From positions 7,609-71,608 of the forward strand of contig NZ_DATIDY010000040.1 in NCBI RefSeq assembly GCF_035456085.1: a stretch of DNA of 64,000 nt. Reading direction: 5' to 3'. Source of the DNA: Flavobacterium sp. GTDB lineage: Bacteria; Bacteroidota; Bacteroidia; Flavobacteriales; Flavobacteriaceae. Position 1 is the first letter of the stretch; every line of letters starts with the position of its first letter. This document shows, piece after piece, positions 1 to 10,433 of this stretch. A program made the translations under genes and the position numbers. A model generated the notes under the pieces. The model was not told the origin of the DNA. It was given only the letters and a program-made list of their open reading frames with translations, and searched no databases.

Positions 1-2055
1 AGACCCAACCAAGAGGAGATAATCAACTGTATACTTTCTGGAAAAGATACTTTAGCAATTATGCCAACCGGAGGTGGTAAATCGATTTGTTTCCAACTAC
101 CTGCTTTGGTATTTTCTGGAATTACTATTGTTATTTCTCCACTTATTGCTTTGATGAAAGATCAGGTTGATAGCCTGAAAGCCAATGGTATAGCTGCTTG
201 TTTTATTAATAGCAGCCAATCTAATGAAGAGCAAGAAATGCATATTCAAAACTTGAAAGACAATAAAGTCAAACTTGTGTATGTTGCTCCCGAAAGTTTA
301 TCGTTTTTGGAAAATGCTTTTAGCCAAATTACTGTAAACTTAATTGCCATTGATGAAGCTCATTGTATTTCTGCTTGGGGTCACGATTTCAGACCAGCTT
401 ACACCAATTTGGGATATTTGAAAAACCGCTTCCCTTCTACTCCAATTCTAGCATTAACAGCGACCGCTGATAAAGCTACACGTACAGATATTTGTGAACA
501 GCTAAATTTAAACAGTCCCAAAATTTTTATATCTTCTTTTGATAGAAAAAATTTAAGTCTGGAAGTAAGACCAGCTTTGGATCGGGTAAAACAAATTATT
601 GATTTTATAAAAAACAAACGGAATGAATCTGGCATCGTTTATTGTTTAAGCCGAAAGACCACTGAAGAACTTGCAGAAAAATTGCAAAAAATTGGAATTA
701 GAGCCAAAGCATATCACGCCGGATTGGATAATAAAATTCGTTCCAAAACTCAGGATGAATTCATAAATGATGAGTGTCAGGTGGTTTGTGCAACAATTGC
801 TTTTGGAATGGGAATTGACAAATCCAATGTTCGCTGGGTAATACATTATAACTTACCAAAAAATATCGAAGGTTATTATCAGGAAATTGGAAGAGCTGGT
901 CGTGATGGATTACCTTCCGAAACAGTATTGTTCGAAAGTTATGGTGACGTAGTCCAATTACAAAAATTTGCTTCCCAAGGGTTGAATGCTGAAGTGCAGC
1001 TTGCAAAACTAGAGAGAATGAAACAATATGCTGATGCTTTGAGTTGTCGCAGGAAAATTTTACTTTCTTATTTTGGCGAACTAGTTCCAGATAATTGTGG
1101 CAATTGTGATATTTGTAACAATCCGCCTGCTTTTTTTGATGGAACAATAATTGCACAAAAAGCGTTTTCTGCTATTATTCGATTACAAGAATCAGAATCT
1201 TTACCGGTTATTGTTGATTTTTTAAGAGGTTCTAAAAATGCATCTATTTATGACAAACAATATCAAAATTTAAAAACATATGGAGTTGGTGCTGATATTT
1301 CCTGGTATGATTGGAATCATTATATTATTCAATTAATTAATTTAGGATTTTGTGAAATAGCTTTTCATGAAAAAAATAAAATCAAATTAACACCATTTGC
1401 TAAAAAAGTTTTATTTGAAGGTGAAAAAGTACAACTGACCAACGTTCAGAAAAAAATAAATCATTCTGAACAAAGCAAAGTTGAAAAAACTAAAACTACA
1501 ACTAATTCTCTTTTTGAGTTTTTAAGAAAGCTTCGTGCAGAAATTGCAAAAGAAGAAGCTGTGCCTGCTTATGTAATTTTTAATGATGCCACTTTAAGAC
1601 AATTAGAAATTGAAAGACCAATGAATGATGAAGAATTTCTAAGTATTGATGGTGTTGGAAAAGCAAAGCTAGAAAAATACGGCAATGTGTTTATGAAAGC
1701 AATAAGTGAATTTCAAAAAATAAAAAAAGAACGTTCCAAAAAAGAAAGTACTACTTATAAAGAAACTTTAGAATTATTCAAAAGTGGTTTGTCTGCTGAA
1801 GAAATTGCAACTAAAAGAAAATTAGGAGTTCCCACAATAATTTCACATCTAGCAAAATTATACACCGATGGGCATCCAATTGATTTAAGTAAATATATTA
1901 ATAAAGATGAAATCTCTAGAATTGCTGAAGCTAAAATTAAACTTGAATCTCCATCAGCATTAAAACCGTATTTTGATTTTTTTGAAGAACAAATATCTTA
2001 TGATAAAATAAGAATAGCTTTAACCGTCCTAGAAAAAGAAAATGTAAGTATATAA
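1..2055 (+). CDS. recQ: ATP-dependent DNA helicase RecQ (5' end lies outside the window)
   Basis: MPTGGGKS Walker A, AIDEAHCISAWGHDFRP, ATIAFGMGIDK, QEIGRAGRDG, Zn/RQC (CRR..CGNCDIC), HRDC and C-terminal HTH. The frame stays open back to base 1 (RPNQEEII...). Confidence 0.97.
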   Translation, partial: RPNQEEIINCILSGKDTLAIMPTGGGKSICFQLPALVFSGITIVISPLIALMKDQVDSLKANGIAACFINSSQSNEEQEMHIQNLKDNKVKLVYVAPESLSFLENAFSQITVNLIAIDEAHCISAWGHDFRPAYTNLGYLKNRFPSTPILALTATADKATRTDICEQLNLNSPKIFISSFDRKNLSLEVRPALDRVKQIIDFIKNKRNESGIVYCLSRKTTEELAEKLQKIGIRAKAYHAGLDNKIRSKTQDEFINDECQVVCATIAFGMGIDKSNVRWVIHYNLPKNIEGYYQEIGRAGRDGLPSETVLFESYGDVVQLQKFASQGLNAEVQLAKLERMKQYADALSCRRKILLSYFGELVPDNCGNCDICNNPPAFFDGTIIAQKAFSAIIRLQESESLPVIVDFLRGSKNASIYDKQYQNLKTYGVGADISWYDWNHYIIQLINLGFCEIAFHEKNKIKLTPFAKKVLFEGEKVQLTNVQKKINHSEQSKVEKTKTTTNSLFEFLRKLRAEIAKEEAVPAYVIFNDATLRQLEIERPMNDEEFLSIDGVGKAKLEKYGNVFMKAISEFQKIKKERSKKESTTYKETLELFKSGLSAEEIATKRKLGVPTIISHLAKLYTDGHPIDLSKYINKDEISRIAEAKIKLESPSALKPYFDFFEEQISYDKIRIALTVLEKENVSI

Positions 2056-2059
2056 TTTT

Positions 2060-2539
2060 ATGAAAATAAATTCATTTCCATATTTTATTGATTCCGATAC
2101 CGAAATTTTGATTTTAGGAACTATGCCTGGAGCAATGTCTCTGGAAAAGCAAGAATATTACGCTCATCCAAGAAATCATTTTTGGAGAATTCTATATACT
2201 ATTTTTGATGCATTACCCATTGATGTTGATTTTGAAGATAAGAAAAAATTCTTGAAAGCTCACAAAATAGGACTTTGGGATGTATTAGAAAATTGCGAAA
2301 GAAAGGGAAGTCTGGATATTCATATCAAAAATCAAAAAGAAAATGATTTTGAAGTTTTGCTAAAAGAATTCCCAAGAATCACTAAAATTATTTTTAACGG
2401 AAAACAAAGTCATGCTTTCTTCTATAAAATATTTGGACAAATTAAAGGCATTACTTATTTTGTAATGCCTTCAACTAGTCCTGCAAATACTATGAGTTTT
2501 GAGAATAAACTAAAAATTTGGTCAAGTTGTTTTGAATAA
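2060..2539 (+). CDS. DNA-deoxyinosine (hypoxanthine) glycosylase, UDG superfamily (family 6/MUG-like)
   Basis: ILGTMPG, YYAHPRNHFW, IGLWDV, FNG and PSTSPA motifs. Confidence 0.85.
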   Translation: MKINSFPYFIDSDTEILILGTMPGAMSLEKQEYYAHPRNHFWRILYTIFDALPIDVDFEDKKKFLKAHKIGLWDVLENCERKGSLDIHIKNQKENDFEVLLKEFPRITKIIFNGKQSHAFFYKIFGQIKGITYFVMPSTSPANTMSFENKLKIWSSCFE

Positions 2540-2554
2540 ATATTTGATTAAATT

Positions 2555-3070
2555 TTACAAATATCTTTCCGCAAAAACTTTTTGATGATGTTTTAGATGA
2601 CCTAAAAGTAAAAAACCTATTGCTCTCACTGAAATCTCATGATTTGATGCAATTCCAATTCTTCTCAATTGCTCATCAGAAAAACTTTTGAACATTAACA
2701 AATTTGAATGTCTCACTGCTGAAAATTCAGTTAATAAATCCTGAATACTTCTTGATTTTGCATCTGTGTTTGCAACAAAATCATTTTCTTCAAATCCTGG
2801 CAAAGGAGTTTTATCATTTCTGGAAATCCTCAGTGCACGATAAGCAAAAATTCTTTCGGTATCGATTACGTGCTGAATTATTTCTTTTATAGTCCATTTT
2901 CCTTCAGCATAACTGTAATCAAATTTGTCCAAAGGAATATTTTGGACAAATTTGATAAATTCATGCAAACTAATTTCTAATTCTTCGAACAATTCAACAT
3001 TTTCTAACGCTTGTATATAAGTCGCATTAAATTTTGAATATTCATCTACTGGCAACTGATTAGAATTCAT
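2555..3070 (-). CDS. DinB family protein
   Basis: YAEGKWTIKEIIQHVIDTERIF and C-terminal GHLKHH His motif. Confidence 0.85.
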   Translation of the reverse strand: MNSNQLPVDEYSKFNATYIQALENVELFEELEISLHEFIKFVQNIPLDKFDYSYAEGKWTIKEIIQHVIDTERIFAYRALRISRNDKTPLPGFEENDFVANTDAKSRSIQDLLTEFSAVRHSNLLMFKSFSDEQLRRIGIASNHEISVRAIGFLLLGHLKHHQKVFAERYL

Positions 3071-3106
3071 ATGTCAATTTTTTTAGAAATTTTATTTTTT
3101 AATATT

Positions 3107-5692
3107 TTAAGCAGAGTTTCTACTTGCGTTAGTATTTCCAAAAAGAGAACGAGTAACTATCTTTTCATAAACTTTTATTAAGTTTTGGTCTGGATTTTCA
3201 TTCTTATTAAGTTCACTAATTTTTAATAAAGCATATTGTTGTATTGTCAACAGTGGCAATACTATACGTTCTCTCATTTCAATCGAAGCTATACCGTCTG
3301 GATAATTTTCCATCAGTTCTTTATGGCCAGCAATTTTTAATAACAACCTTTTTGTATCTAAAAATTCATCGTAAATAATTTGCCAGAATGCACCAAATTC
3401 AGGATCATTTTTCATGTATGCCGTTAAAGGGAAAAATGATTTTGCCAATGACATCATACTATTTTCAAGTAACGTTTTAAAGAATAATGAATTGTTGTAT
3501 AAATTCTGAACTTTATCCCACTGACCATTATCTTCAAAATGTTTCAATGCTGTACCTACACCAAAAAATCCAGGAACGTTTTGCTTTAATTGGCTCCAAG
3601 AACCCACAAATGGAATTGCTCTTAAGTCAGCAAAATCAAGTTTTTCAGATTTGCTTCTTTTTGAAGGTCGGCTTCCAATATTGGTTTTGGCGTAATATTT
3701 TAAAGTACTCATTTGTTCCAAATACGGAATAAATTTAGGATGATTTTTAAAACTTAAATACTTATCATATCCTAATTCAGCCAATTTGTCCAAAATATTC
3801 TTTTCATCAGAACTTAGTTCATTTTGACCTTGATTAAATACTTGATTGGCAACACCAGCGCTCAAAAGATTTTCTAAATTGTAACGACAAGAATCTAAGG
3901 TTCCAAAATTAGAACTGATTGTTTGCCCCTGAATCGTTATCTGAATTTCGTTATTTTCAATATTTGGTCCTAGTGATGCATAAAATTTATGAGTTTTCCC
4001 ACCACCACGTGCTGGAGGTCCTCCTCTACCATCAAAAAATATTGCATGAATGCCATACTTTCTGGAAATTGCTGTTAAAGCTTCTTTTGCTTTATAGATA
4101 CTCCAATTTGCCATTAAGTATCCACCATCTTTTGTTCCATCAGAAAAACCAAGCATTATTGTTTGCTTATTATTTCTTTTTTCCAAATGCTTAAGATATT
4201 CAGGATTTGAGTATAATTTCTCCATTTCTAAATGTGCGTTCTGTAAATCGTCCACGGATTCAAAAAGAGGAATAATATCTACTGTTGCATTTTCCCAATT
4301 ACATAATTTGAATAACGCATAAGTTTCCATAACATTCAATGCACTTTCGTTGTTACTTATAATGTAACGGTTTGAACCAAATTCACCATTTTTATCCTGA
4401 ATAGTTTTAATGGCATAAATTGATTCAATTGTTGATCTTGTCATTTCGTTATCAAAATCAGTAGGATCTAAATTTCCTTTTAATTTTGACAAAACATTAA
4501 TTTTTTCAGCTTCGGTCAAAGAAAAATAATTTTCAGGGAATACATTTTCTTTAGATTTTGAATAATAATTTACAATATCATAAAAGACACTTTGGTGAAT
4601 TTTACTGTTTTGTCTAATATCTAAAGTAGCAAAATGGAAACCAAACAAATTCAATCTAATAAGTAAAGCATCTATTTGGTCAACGTATAATGATTGATGT
4701 TGTTCAATTATTATAGTTTTAATTTTAATAAGTTGAGATTTGAATTCTTCATGAGTAATAAATACTTCACCTTTAGAATAAAATACAGAACGATATAATT
4801 TTTGTTCCAATTCCATTACTAAAGAATCAACAACTGGGAAAGTAAGCTTTCTTTTTAAGTTTCTTATTTCAAAATAGTAGCATTTTAAAATCGAAGTTCT
4901 CAAGCGTTCAGCTACTTTAAGAGTAATTTCGGTAGTTACAAATGGATTTCCATCACGGTCACCCCCTGGCCAGAAACCAAGTTTGATTAATGGATTGTTT
5001 ATTGATTCACCTTCGAAAACATTTTTTTGCAGATAATGAATCATCTCTCCAGAAGTATTGTAAAATACATTTTCTAAGTACCAAATTAAACTTACCGCTT
5101 CATCAAATGGATTTGGTTTTTCATTTTGGATAAAAGGAGTTTTACCTAATTGAGCCAATAATTGCTTGATTTCAAGCAAATTATTATTTCTAATTGCTTC
5201 TGTCAAATCATTAATGATTCCTAATACAGGTCCAGGATAAAATTGAGTCGGATGTGCAGTTAAAACAGTACGAACGTTGAAATTTTCTAAGAAATTAATT
5301 AACTCTTCCTTATTGTTTTTAACATCTGATTTTTCTTTGATGTCGCGAAGAGAGCCTCTTCCTTCCATATTATTGACTACTGGAAAAGCAGCATCTTCAA
5401 TAGCATCAAACAAAACTATTTGACGTTCAATATATTGTATAAAATGAAACATCAAATTGATTTTGTCCTTTTCAGAATCACTATGCATATATTTATCCGA
5501 AAAGAAATCAAATATTTCTATTGGAGTTTTTTGTTTTTTGAAACCACTATCACATAGTTCTGCAAAAATTGGCAATAAAACACCTGTATTATCCACAGAA
5601 TCAAATGGTAATGTTATAAATACACTATTGTAAATGTGGTATTTAGATAAAACATTTTGATTAAAACGTTCTATTTTAGGTAACGTGTACAT
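3107..5692 (-). CDS. ppc: Phosphoenolpyruvate carboxylase
   Basis: VLTAHPTQ, WPGGDRDGNPFVT, MLGFSDGTKDGG, FDGRGGPPARGGG, LRAIPFVGSWSQ. Confidence 0.96.
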   Translation of the reverse strand: MYTLPKIERFNQNVLSKYHIYNSVFITLPFDSVDNTGVLLPIFAELCDSGFKKQKTPIEIFDFFSDKYMHSDSEKDKINLMFHFIQYIERQIVLFDAIEDAAFPVVNNMEGRGSLRDIKEKSDVKNNKEELINFLENFNVRTVLTAHPTQFYPGPVLGIINDLTEAIRNNNLLEIKQLLAQLGKTPFIQNEKPNPFDEAVSLIWYLENVFYNTSGEMIHYLQKNVFEGESINNPLIKLGFWPGGDRDGNPFVTTEITLKVAERLRTSILKCYYFEIRNLKRKLTFPVVDSLVMELEQKLYRSVFYSKGEVFITHEEFKSQLIKIKTIIIEQHQSLYVDQIDALLIRLNLFGFHFATLDIRQNSKIHQSVFYDIVNYYSKSKENVFPENYFSLTEAEKINVLSKLKGNLDPTDFDNEMTRSTIESIYAIKTIQDKNGEFGSNRYIISNNESALNVMETYALFKLCNWENATVDIIPLFESVDDLQNAHLEMEKLYSNPEYLKHLEKRNNKQTIMLGFSDGTKDGGYLMANWSIYKAKEALTAISRKYGIHAIFFDGRGGPPARGGGKTHKFYASLGPNIENNEIQITIQGQTISSNFGTLDSCRYNLENLLSAGVANQVFNQGQNELSSDEKNILDKLAELGYDKYLSFKNHPKFIPYLEQMSTLKYYAKTNIGSRPSKRSKSEKLDFADLRAIPFVGSWSQLKQNVPGFFGVGTALKHFEDNGQWDKVQNLYNNSLFFKTLLENSMMSLAKSFFPLTAYMKNDPEFGAFWQIIYDEFLDTKRLLLKIAGHKELMENYPDGIASIEMRERIVLPLLTIQQYALLKISELNKNENPDQNLIKVYEKIVTRSLFGNTNASRNSA

Positions 5693-5727
5693 AATTATAC
5701 TGTTATTTGGTTATAGTTAATTTTACA

Positions 5728-5757
5728 TAAAAAAACCTCAAGAGTACACTTGAGGTT
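5728..5757 (-). terminator. Intrinsic terminator after the Lrp gene
   Basis: AACCTCAAG-agtaca-CTTGAGGTT hairpin with an A-run on + (U-tract on -). Confidence 0.7.
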
Positions 5758-5784
5758 ATATTTACATATAAGCAATCAAGATTT

Positions 5785-6264
5785 TTACATTTCTTTGAAA
5801 ATGGTATGCATCAAGCGCTTCTTATCATTGATACTTTCTTCAAGAGAAATCATAGTTTCAGTTCTATAAACGCCATCGATATCATCAATCATAAAGATAA
5901 CATCTTTTGCATGCTTAGTATCCTTTGCTCTAATTTTACAGAAAATATTGAATTTACCAGTAGTAACAGATGCTACTGTTACAAATGGAATCTCATTAAT
6001 ACGCTCTAAAACAAATTTAGTTTGAGACGTATTGTTAAGAAAAACACCTACATAAGCAATAAATGAATATCCTAATTTATCATAATCAAGAACTAATGAA
6101 GATCCCATAATAATTCCAGCATCTTCCATTTTTTTAACTCTAACATGCACCGTTCCAGCTGAAATCAATAATTTTTTAGCAATGTCAGTAAACGGAACTC
6201 TTGTGTTGTCTATCAACATATCTAAAATCTGGTGATCTACTTCATCTAAACGAAACTTACTCAT
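5785..6264 (-). CDS. Lrp/AsnC family transcriptional regulator
   Basis: N-terminal HTH (PFTDIAKKLLISAGTVHVRVKKMEDAGII) plus RAM domain. Confidence 0.93.
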   Translation of the reverse strand: MSKFRLDEVDHQILDMLIDNTRVPFTDIAKKLLISAGTVHVRVKKMEDAGIIMGSSLVLDYDKLGYSFIAYVGVFLNNTSQTKFVLERINEIPFVTVASVTTGKFNIFCKIRAKDTKHAKDVIFMIDDIDGVYRTETMISLEESINDKKRLMHTIFKEM

Positions 6265-6340
6265 AATTCTTTTATTATATGGTTATTTTATACTTAAAAA
6301 GTTAAAATTATAAATTAAAATTAAATAATCTGCAAAAAAA

Positions 6341-7495
6341 TCATTTTTTTATTTTTCCATTAACGAAAAACACTTTATGATCAAAATTAAAATTAGCCAT
6401 TTGTCCAATTTTTGGAGAATTACCTAAATCATCGTGATATAAAGCTCCTTTTGCATCATATTCGAAATGACCGAATTTTTCTTTTAAATCACCAATTTCA
6501 ACTATATAAGAATTAAAATTTAATTTATTATCAATTAACTCTTCTTTATACTGAGCGACAAAATTCGTAATTATTTCAATACCATCATAATTTATTTTGA
6601 CATTTTTATACATAAAATCAAAAAATACAACATTATTCTGAGGAATGTTTAAATATTTATCATTTCTATTATGAACTATATCGTTTTCGTTAAGAATAAT
6701 GAAACTTGAAACTAAAGACATAAATACGAATTTTCTTGTTTTTTCTCTTTCGTAATCATCTTGAAAATGACCAGCTTCAAATAAAATTGTAGGAGTTCCT
6801 AAATATTGAAAAGTATCTCCAATACAATTAATATTAAAAGAATCATCAAATCTTCCAATTTGTCCGGGAATATATTTTTGCAACACTTCATTTATGCCAG
6901 CTATCAAATTAATTGCTTTCAATCTTGATTCATTGACTTCCCTTTCTTCGTTATATGATGGAGCTAAAAAAGAAAGAGTAGCAGGTTTACCAGTATCCGC
7001 AACGCCGAAAATGGTACGCTGATCATGAAGATTGAAACAGAAATCTGGTTTAAATTCTTCATAAACCGCTCTCAGAACTTTACTTTCTGGTTGAGAAAGA
7101 TCTTGTGAATCTCTGTTTAAATCAATATTGTTTGCATTGGCTCTGGTATATAACTCAGCACCATCGGGATTCAACATCGGAATGCAGTAAAATGTAAAAG
7201 TATCTAAAAGTTGATTAGCTAAGTCAGAACCATTATTTAGAAGATTAATAAAATCAAATAATGCTTTTGTAGTTGTACTTTCATTACCGTGCATTTGTGA
7301 CCAAAGATAAATTTTTATCTTACCGTGTCCTTTTTGATAACTATAAATTGGTTTCCCTAAAATTGATTTTCCAATTATTTTTACATCCTTTTTAATGGAA
7401 TCTTTATTTAATAATGGTTCAATTTCATTCAAAGTAATATAACGCCCTTGAATTGTATTTTCTTTATTCTGATTAAATAGTTGTTCTAAATCCAT
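6341..7495 (-). CDS. M14 family zinc carboxypeptidase
   Basis: HGNE, NPDG, DLNR, NLHDQ and ILFE motifs. Confidence 0.88.
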   Translation of the reverse strand: MDLEQLFNQNKENTIQGRYITLNEIEPLLNKDSIKKDVKIIGKSILGKPIYSYQKGHGKIKIYLWSQMHGNESTTTKALFDFINLLNNGSDLANQLLDTFTFYCIPMLNPDGAELYTRANANNIDLNRDSQDLSQPESKVLRAVYEEFKPDFCFNLHDQRTIFGVADTGKPATLSFLAPSYNEEREVNESRLKAINLIAGINEVLQKYIPGQIGRFDDSFNINCIGDTFQYLGTPTILFEAGHFQDDYEREKTRKFVFMSLVSSFIILNENDIVHNRNDKYLNIPQNNVVFFDFMYKNVKINYDGIEIITNFVAQYKEELIDNKLNFNSYIVEIGDLKEKFGHFEYDAKGALYHDDLGNSPKIGQMANFNFDHKVFFVNGKIKK

Positions 7496-7509
7496 GTTAT
7501 TATTATTTG

Positions 7510-7815
7510 GTTTACAAAAGTAAACATCTTTATTTTTACAATTGTAAACAAATGAAATTTATTAAAAATTAGAATTGTAAACACAATCCGTTTAACTTTA
7601 TAAACAGCTATCCATTAAAAGATATAATTGGATCTTTAAATTAATATTTATATTATTATTTCCTAAATATCAACTAATTATATTGTTTATTTAAAATATT
7701 ACTTTAATACTTTATAGAACAATAATTTGTTTTAACATTATAATTTAGCATAATTATTAGCTTTTATTTACTTTTGTAAATACATCAATTTTAAATAAAA
7801 TTTACAATGGTAAAC
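7510..7815. promoter_or_regulatory. Divergent promoter region with repeated TTTAC-N4-GTAAA palindromes
   Basis: Copies at 7511-7524, 7535-7548, 7767-7780 and 7801-7814. Two of them contain the TACTTTTG -7 box (one per strand). Confidence 0.7.
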
Positions 7816-8256
7816 ACAGATGATTTTATAAAAAGATTGGAGATTATACTCGATTATTATAATCTAACAGCTTCTTCATTTGCAGATAAAATTGGGGTTC
7901 AACGATCTAGTATGTCTCATTTATTATCTGGTAGAAATAAACCGAGCCTAGATTTTATTTTAAAAATTGTGGAGTTTTTTCAAGAAGTTGATTTGTATTG
8001 GTTGCTAAATGGAACAGGATCATTTCCTAAAAAAAATGAATCTATTGAAAATTCAAAGCCACCAATTCAAACTTTAAATTCCCCTACTCCAATTGATTTA
8101 TTTTCTGAAATTCAAACTGTCACACAAAAAGAAAAAATTCAGGAAGAAGTAAAACCAAAATCTTTTTTTATTGAAAATGAAAATCCGAAAGAAATAGAAA
8201 AAATAGTTATTTTTTATAAAAACGGAACTTTTAAAGCGTACAATCCAAATTCATGA
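7807..8256 (+). CDS. XRE-family HTH transcriptional regulator
   Basis: ASSFADKIGVQRSSMSHLLSGRNKPSLD HTH followed by YWLLNGTG. Confidence 0.9.
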   Translation: MVNTDDFIKRLEIILDYYNLTASSFADKIGVQRSSMSHLLSGRNKPSLDFILKIVEFFQEVDLYWLLNGTGSFPKKNESIENSKPPIQTLNSPTPIDLFSEIQTVTQKEKIQEEVKPKSFFIENENPKEIEKIVIFYKNGTFKAYNPNS

Positions 8257-8320
8257 GAATTCAATATTTCGCACAAATGATCAGAAAAAATAAAATATGC
8301 GATTCTCAGGCGTTTAGTTT

Positions 8321-8875
8321 TTAAGATACAGAATACCCATTTTCAGGTATTTTCCCTTTCGCACCAACAAAATGTTTGTTCAAAATAATAAAATCTGACT
8401 CTATATTTCCAGTTGGATTGAAAGGATTTCCAAAATGAACCACTTTTTTTTCAAAGTTTATAGAAACTGGAATAATTGGTACATTTGCTTTTAATGCAAT
8501 ATAATAAAATCCCGTTTTAAGTGTTTCAACTTTTTTACGAGTTCCTTCTGGTGACAATCCCAAGCGAAAAGTCTCTTTTGTTTTAAATATATTAGCAATA
8601 GATTCAACTTTATTCAAACCTCCGCTCCTATCAAGTGGAACACCGCCTAATGAGGTGAAAAAATAACTAAAAGGAAAACGAAATAATTCTTTTTTGCCAA
8701 TCCAATTTATTCCGCTTCCAACTGCGCCTCGACAAATAATAGCAATATAGAAATCATGCCAGCTTGTATGCGGCATAACCATTAAAATACTTTTTTTTAT
8801 TTGCTCATCGAAGTTACCTTCTATTTTCCAGCCCATTAAATTCTTAAAAATCCACTTATAGATTTGTTTCTTCAT
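8321..8875 (-). CDS. 1-acyl-sn-glycerol-3-phosphate acyltransferase (PlsC-like)
   Basis: PHTSWHD, SPEGTR and KTGFYYIA acyltransferase motifs. Confidence 0.9.
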   Translation of the reverse strand: MKKQIYKWIFKNLMGWKIEGNFDEQIKKSILMVMPHTSWHDFYIAIICRGAVGSGINWIGKKELFRFPFSYFFTSLGGVPLDRSGGLNKVESIANIFKTKETFRLGLSPEGTRKKVETLKTGFYYIALKANVPIIPVSINFEKKVVHFGNPFNPTGNIESDFIILNKHFVGAKGKIPENGYSVS

Positions 8876-8939
8876 TTCTCATTTCATTTTGTACAAATAA
8901 AACAATTAAAATGTTATTTTTGAAAAAAACACCAAATTA

Positions 8940-9605
8940 ATGCTGAAGAAATTACTGAGTTACCTCATTCCAATTAAAATATTTAAAACCAAATCAACTT
9001 TAAGTAAAACCATTGAAGTAACCTGGGCAAACGGAGAATTAGTACTGGATTCTGAAAATACAAATTATTCTTATGGCAGTTTGCAACGCATTTTAAGATT
9101 AGGACTAAAACATTTTGGCTTTGAAAAAATAGTAGCAATGCAAAACATCCTGGTTCTTGGTGTGGCAGGAGGAAGTGTTATCAAAACGTTAGTTGATGAA
9201 ATTCAATATAAAGGTAAAATCACTGGGGTTGAAATTGACTCAGAAATTATTGAAATTGCTAATAAATACTTCCAACTCAATGAAATTAAAAATCTTGAAA
9301 TTGTTATTGAAGATGCATTTGACTTTGTATTAAAAACAAAAGATAGTTACGATTTAATTATCATTGATATATTTCAGGATACAACGATGCCTAACTTTTT
9401 ATTCGAAAAATTTTTTATTGACAGAATTTGTTTTTTACTCAAAAGTAAAGGAGTTGTCCTCTTTAATACAATGTGTTTAAACAATAATAATAATGTTAGA
9501 AATCAAAATTTCATCAAAGAATTTGATATAATGAATTATAAAATTCAATCTATTCCTAGAGTTGAAGTACACAATGAATTGATTATTATTGAGAAATTGA
9601 ATTAG
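8940..9605 (+). CDS. Spermidine synthase-like SAM-dependent methyltransferase
   Basis: LVLGVAGGS, GVEID, IEDA and YDLIIIDIF Rossmann motifs. Confidence 0.8.
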   Translation: MLKKLLSYLIPIKIFKTKSTLSKTIEVTWANGELVLDSENTNYSYGSLQRILRLGLKHFGFEKIVAMQNILVLGVAGGSVIKTLVDEIQYKGKITGVEIDSEIIEIANKYFQLNEIKNLEIVIEDAFDFVLKTKDSYDLIIIDIFQDTTMPNFLFEKFFIDRICFLLKSKGVVLFNTMCLNNNNNVRNQNFIKEFDIMNYKIQSIPRVEVHNELIIIEKLN

Positions 9606-9635
9606 GCATTGAACAAAAATATTCAATGCCTAATT
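9600..9635. terminator. Hairpin between convergent genes (probable bidirectional terminator)
   Basis: AATTAGGCATTGAA-N8-TTCAATGCCTAATT perfect 14-bp arms. Confidence 0.65.
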
Positions 9636-9642
9636 TTATAGT

Positions 9643-10374
9643 TTATACTGTTAGCATTTTTCTTGCTTTTTCTAAATCTTCAGGAGTATCGATTCCTATT
9701 CCAACATGAGTGGTTTCAACCATTTTGATACGTTTTCCAAATTCCAAATAACGCAATTGTTCTAATTTTTCGGATGCTTCTAATGATTTCATTGGCAAAC
9801 CATAGAAATCCAATAAAGCCTGTTTTCTAAAAGCATAAATTCCGATGTGCTGCATGTAGCGAACGCCAACATTAACTTCTCTAGGATAAGGAATTACCGA
9901 ACGTGAAAAATACAATGCAAATTGATTTTGGTCTACAACTACTTTTACATTATTTGGATTATTGATTTCGGTTTCATCTTTTATTTCACGCATTAAAGAA
10001 GCTAAATCGACTTGTTTTTGAGTATCATTTTTAAAAACTTCAATAACTTTCGCCAAAGGTTCAGCATTTATAAATGGCTCGTCACCTTGCACATTTATGA
10101 CAATATCAACATTGAGATTTTCAACAGCTTCTGCAATACGGTCACTCCCCGACTCGTGTTCTTTGATACTCATTATGGCTTTTCCACCATTTGAAACAAT
10201 TTCATTATAAATTAAATCGGAGTCGGTTACTACAAAAACATCATCAAATAATTGTGTGTTTATTGCTGCTTCATAGGTTTTTAGAATTACTGTTTTTCCT
10301 CCCAAGTCCTGCATTAATTTGGCTGGAAATCGTGTAGATGCGTAACGTGCGGGTATGACTGCTATTATTTTCAT
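9643..10374 (-). CDS. kdsB: 3-deoxy-manno-octulosonate cytidylyltransferase
   Basis: [45 protein letters not shown]. Confidence 0.96.
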   Translation of the reverse strand: MKIIAVIPARYASTRFPAKLMQDLGGKTVILKTYEAAINTQLFDDVFVVTDSDLIYNEIVSNGGKAIMSIKEHESGSDRIAEAVENLNVDIVINVQGDEPFINAEPLAKVIEVFKNDTQKQVDLASLMREIKDETEINNPNNVKVVVDQNQFALYFSRSVIPYPREVNVGVRYMQHIGIYAFRKQALLDFYGLPMKSLEASEKLEQLRYLEFGKRIKMVETTHVGIGIDTPEDLEKARKMLTV

Positions 10375-10433
10375 TTATATTTATTCTTCAATTATAATTT
10401 TAGTTTCCAAATATATGTTTTTTATAATATAAA

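Noticed and set aside
7496-7806. Replication origin in the very AT-rich intergenic region
   Set aside because: No TTATCCACA-type DnaA box cluster there. The one perfect box seen (5589-5597) is isolated inside ppc. The repeats fit an operator and promoter explanation better.
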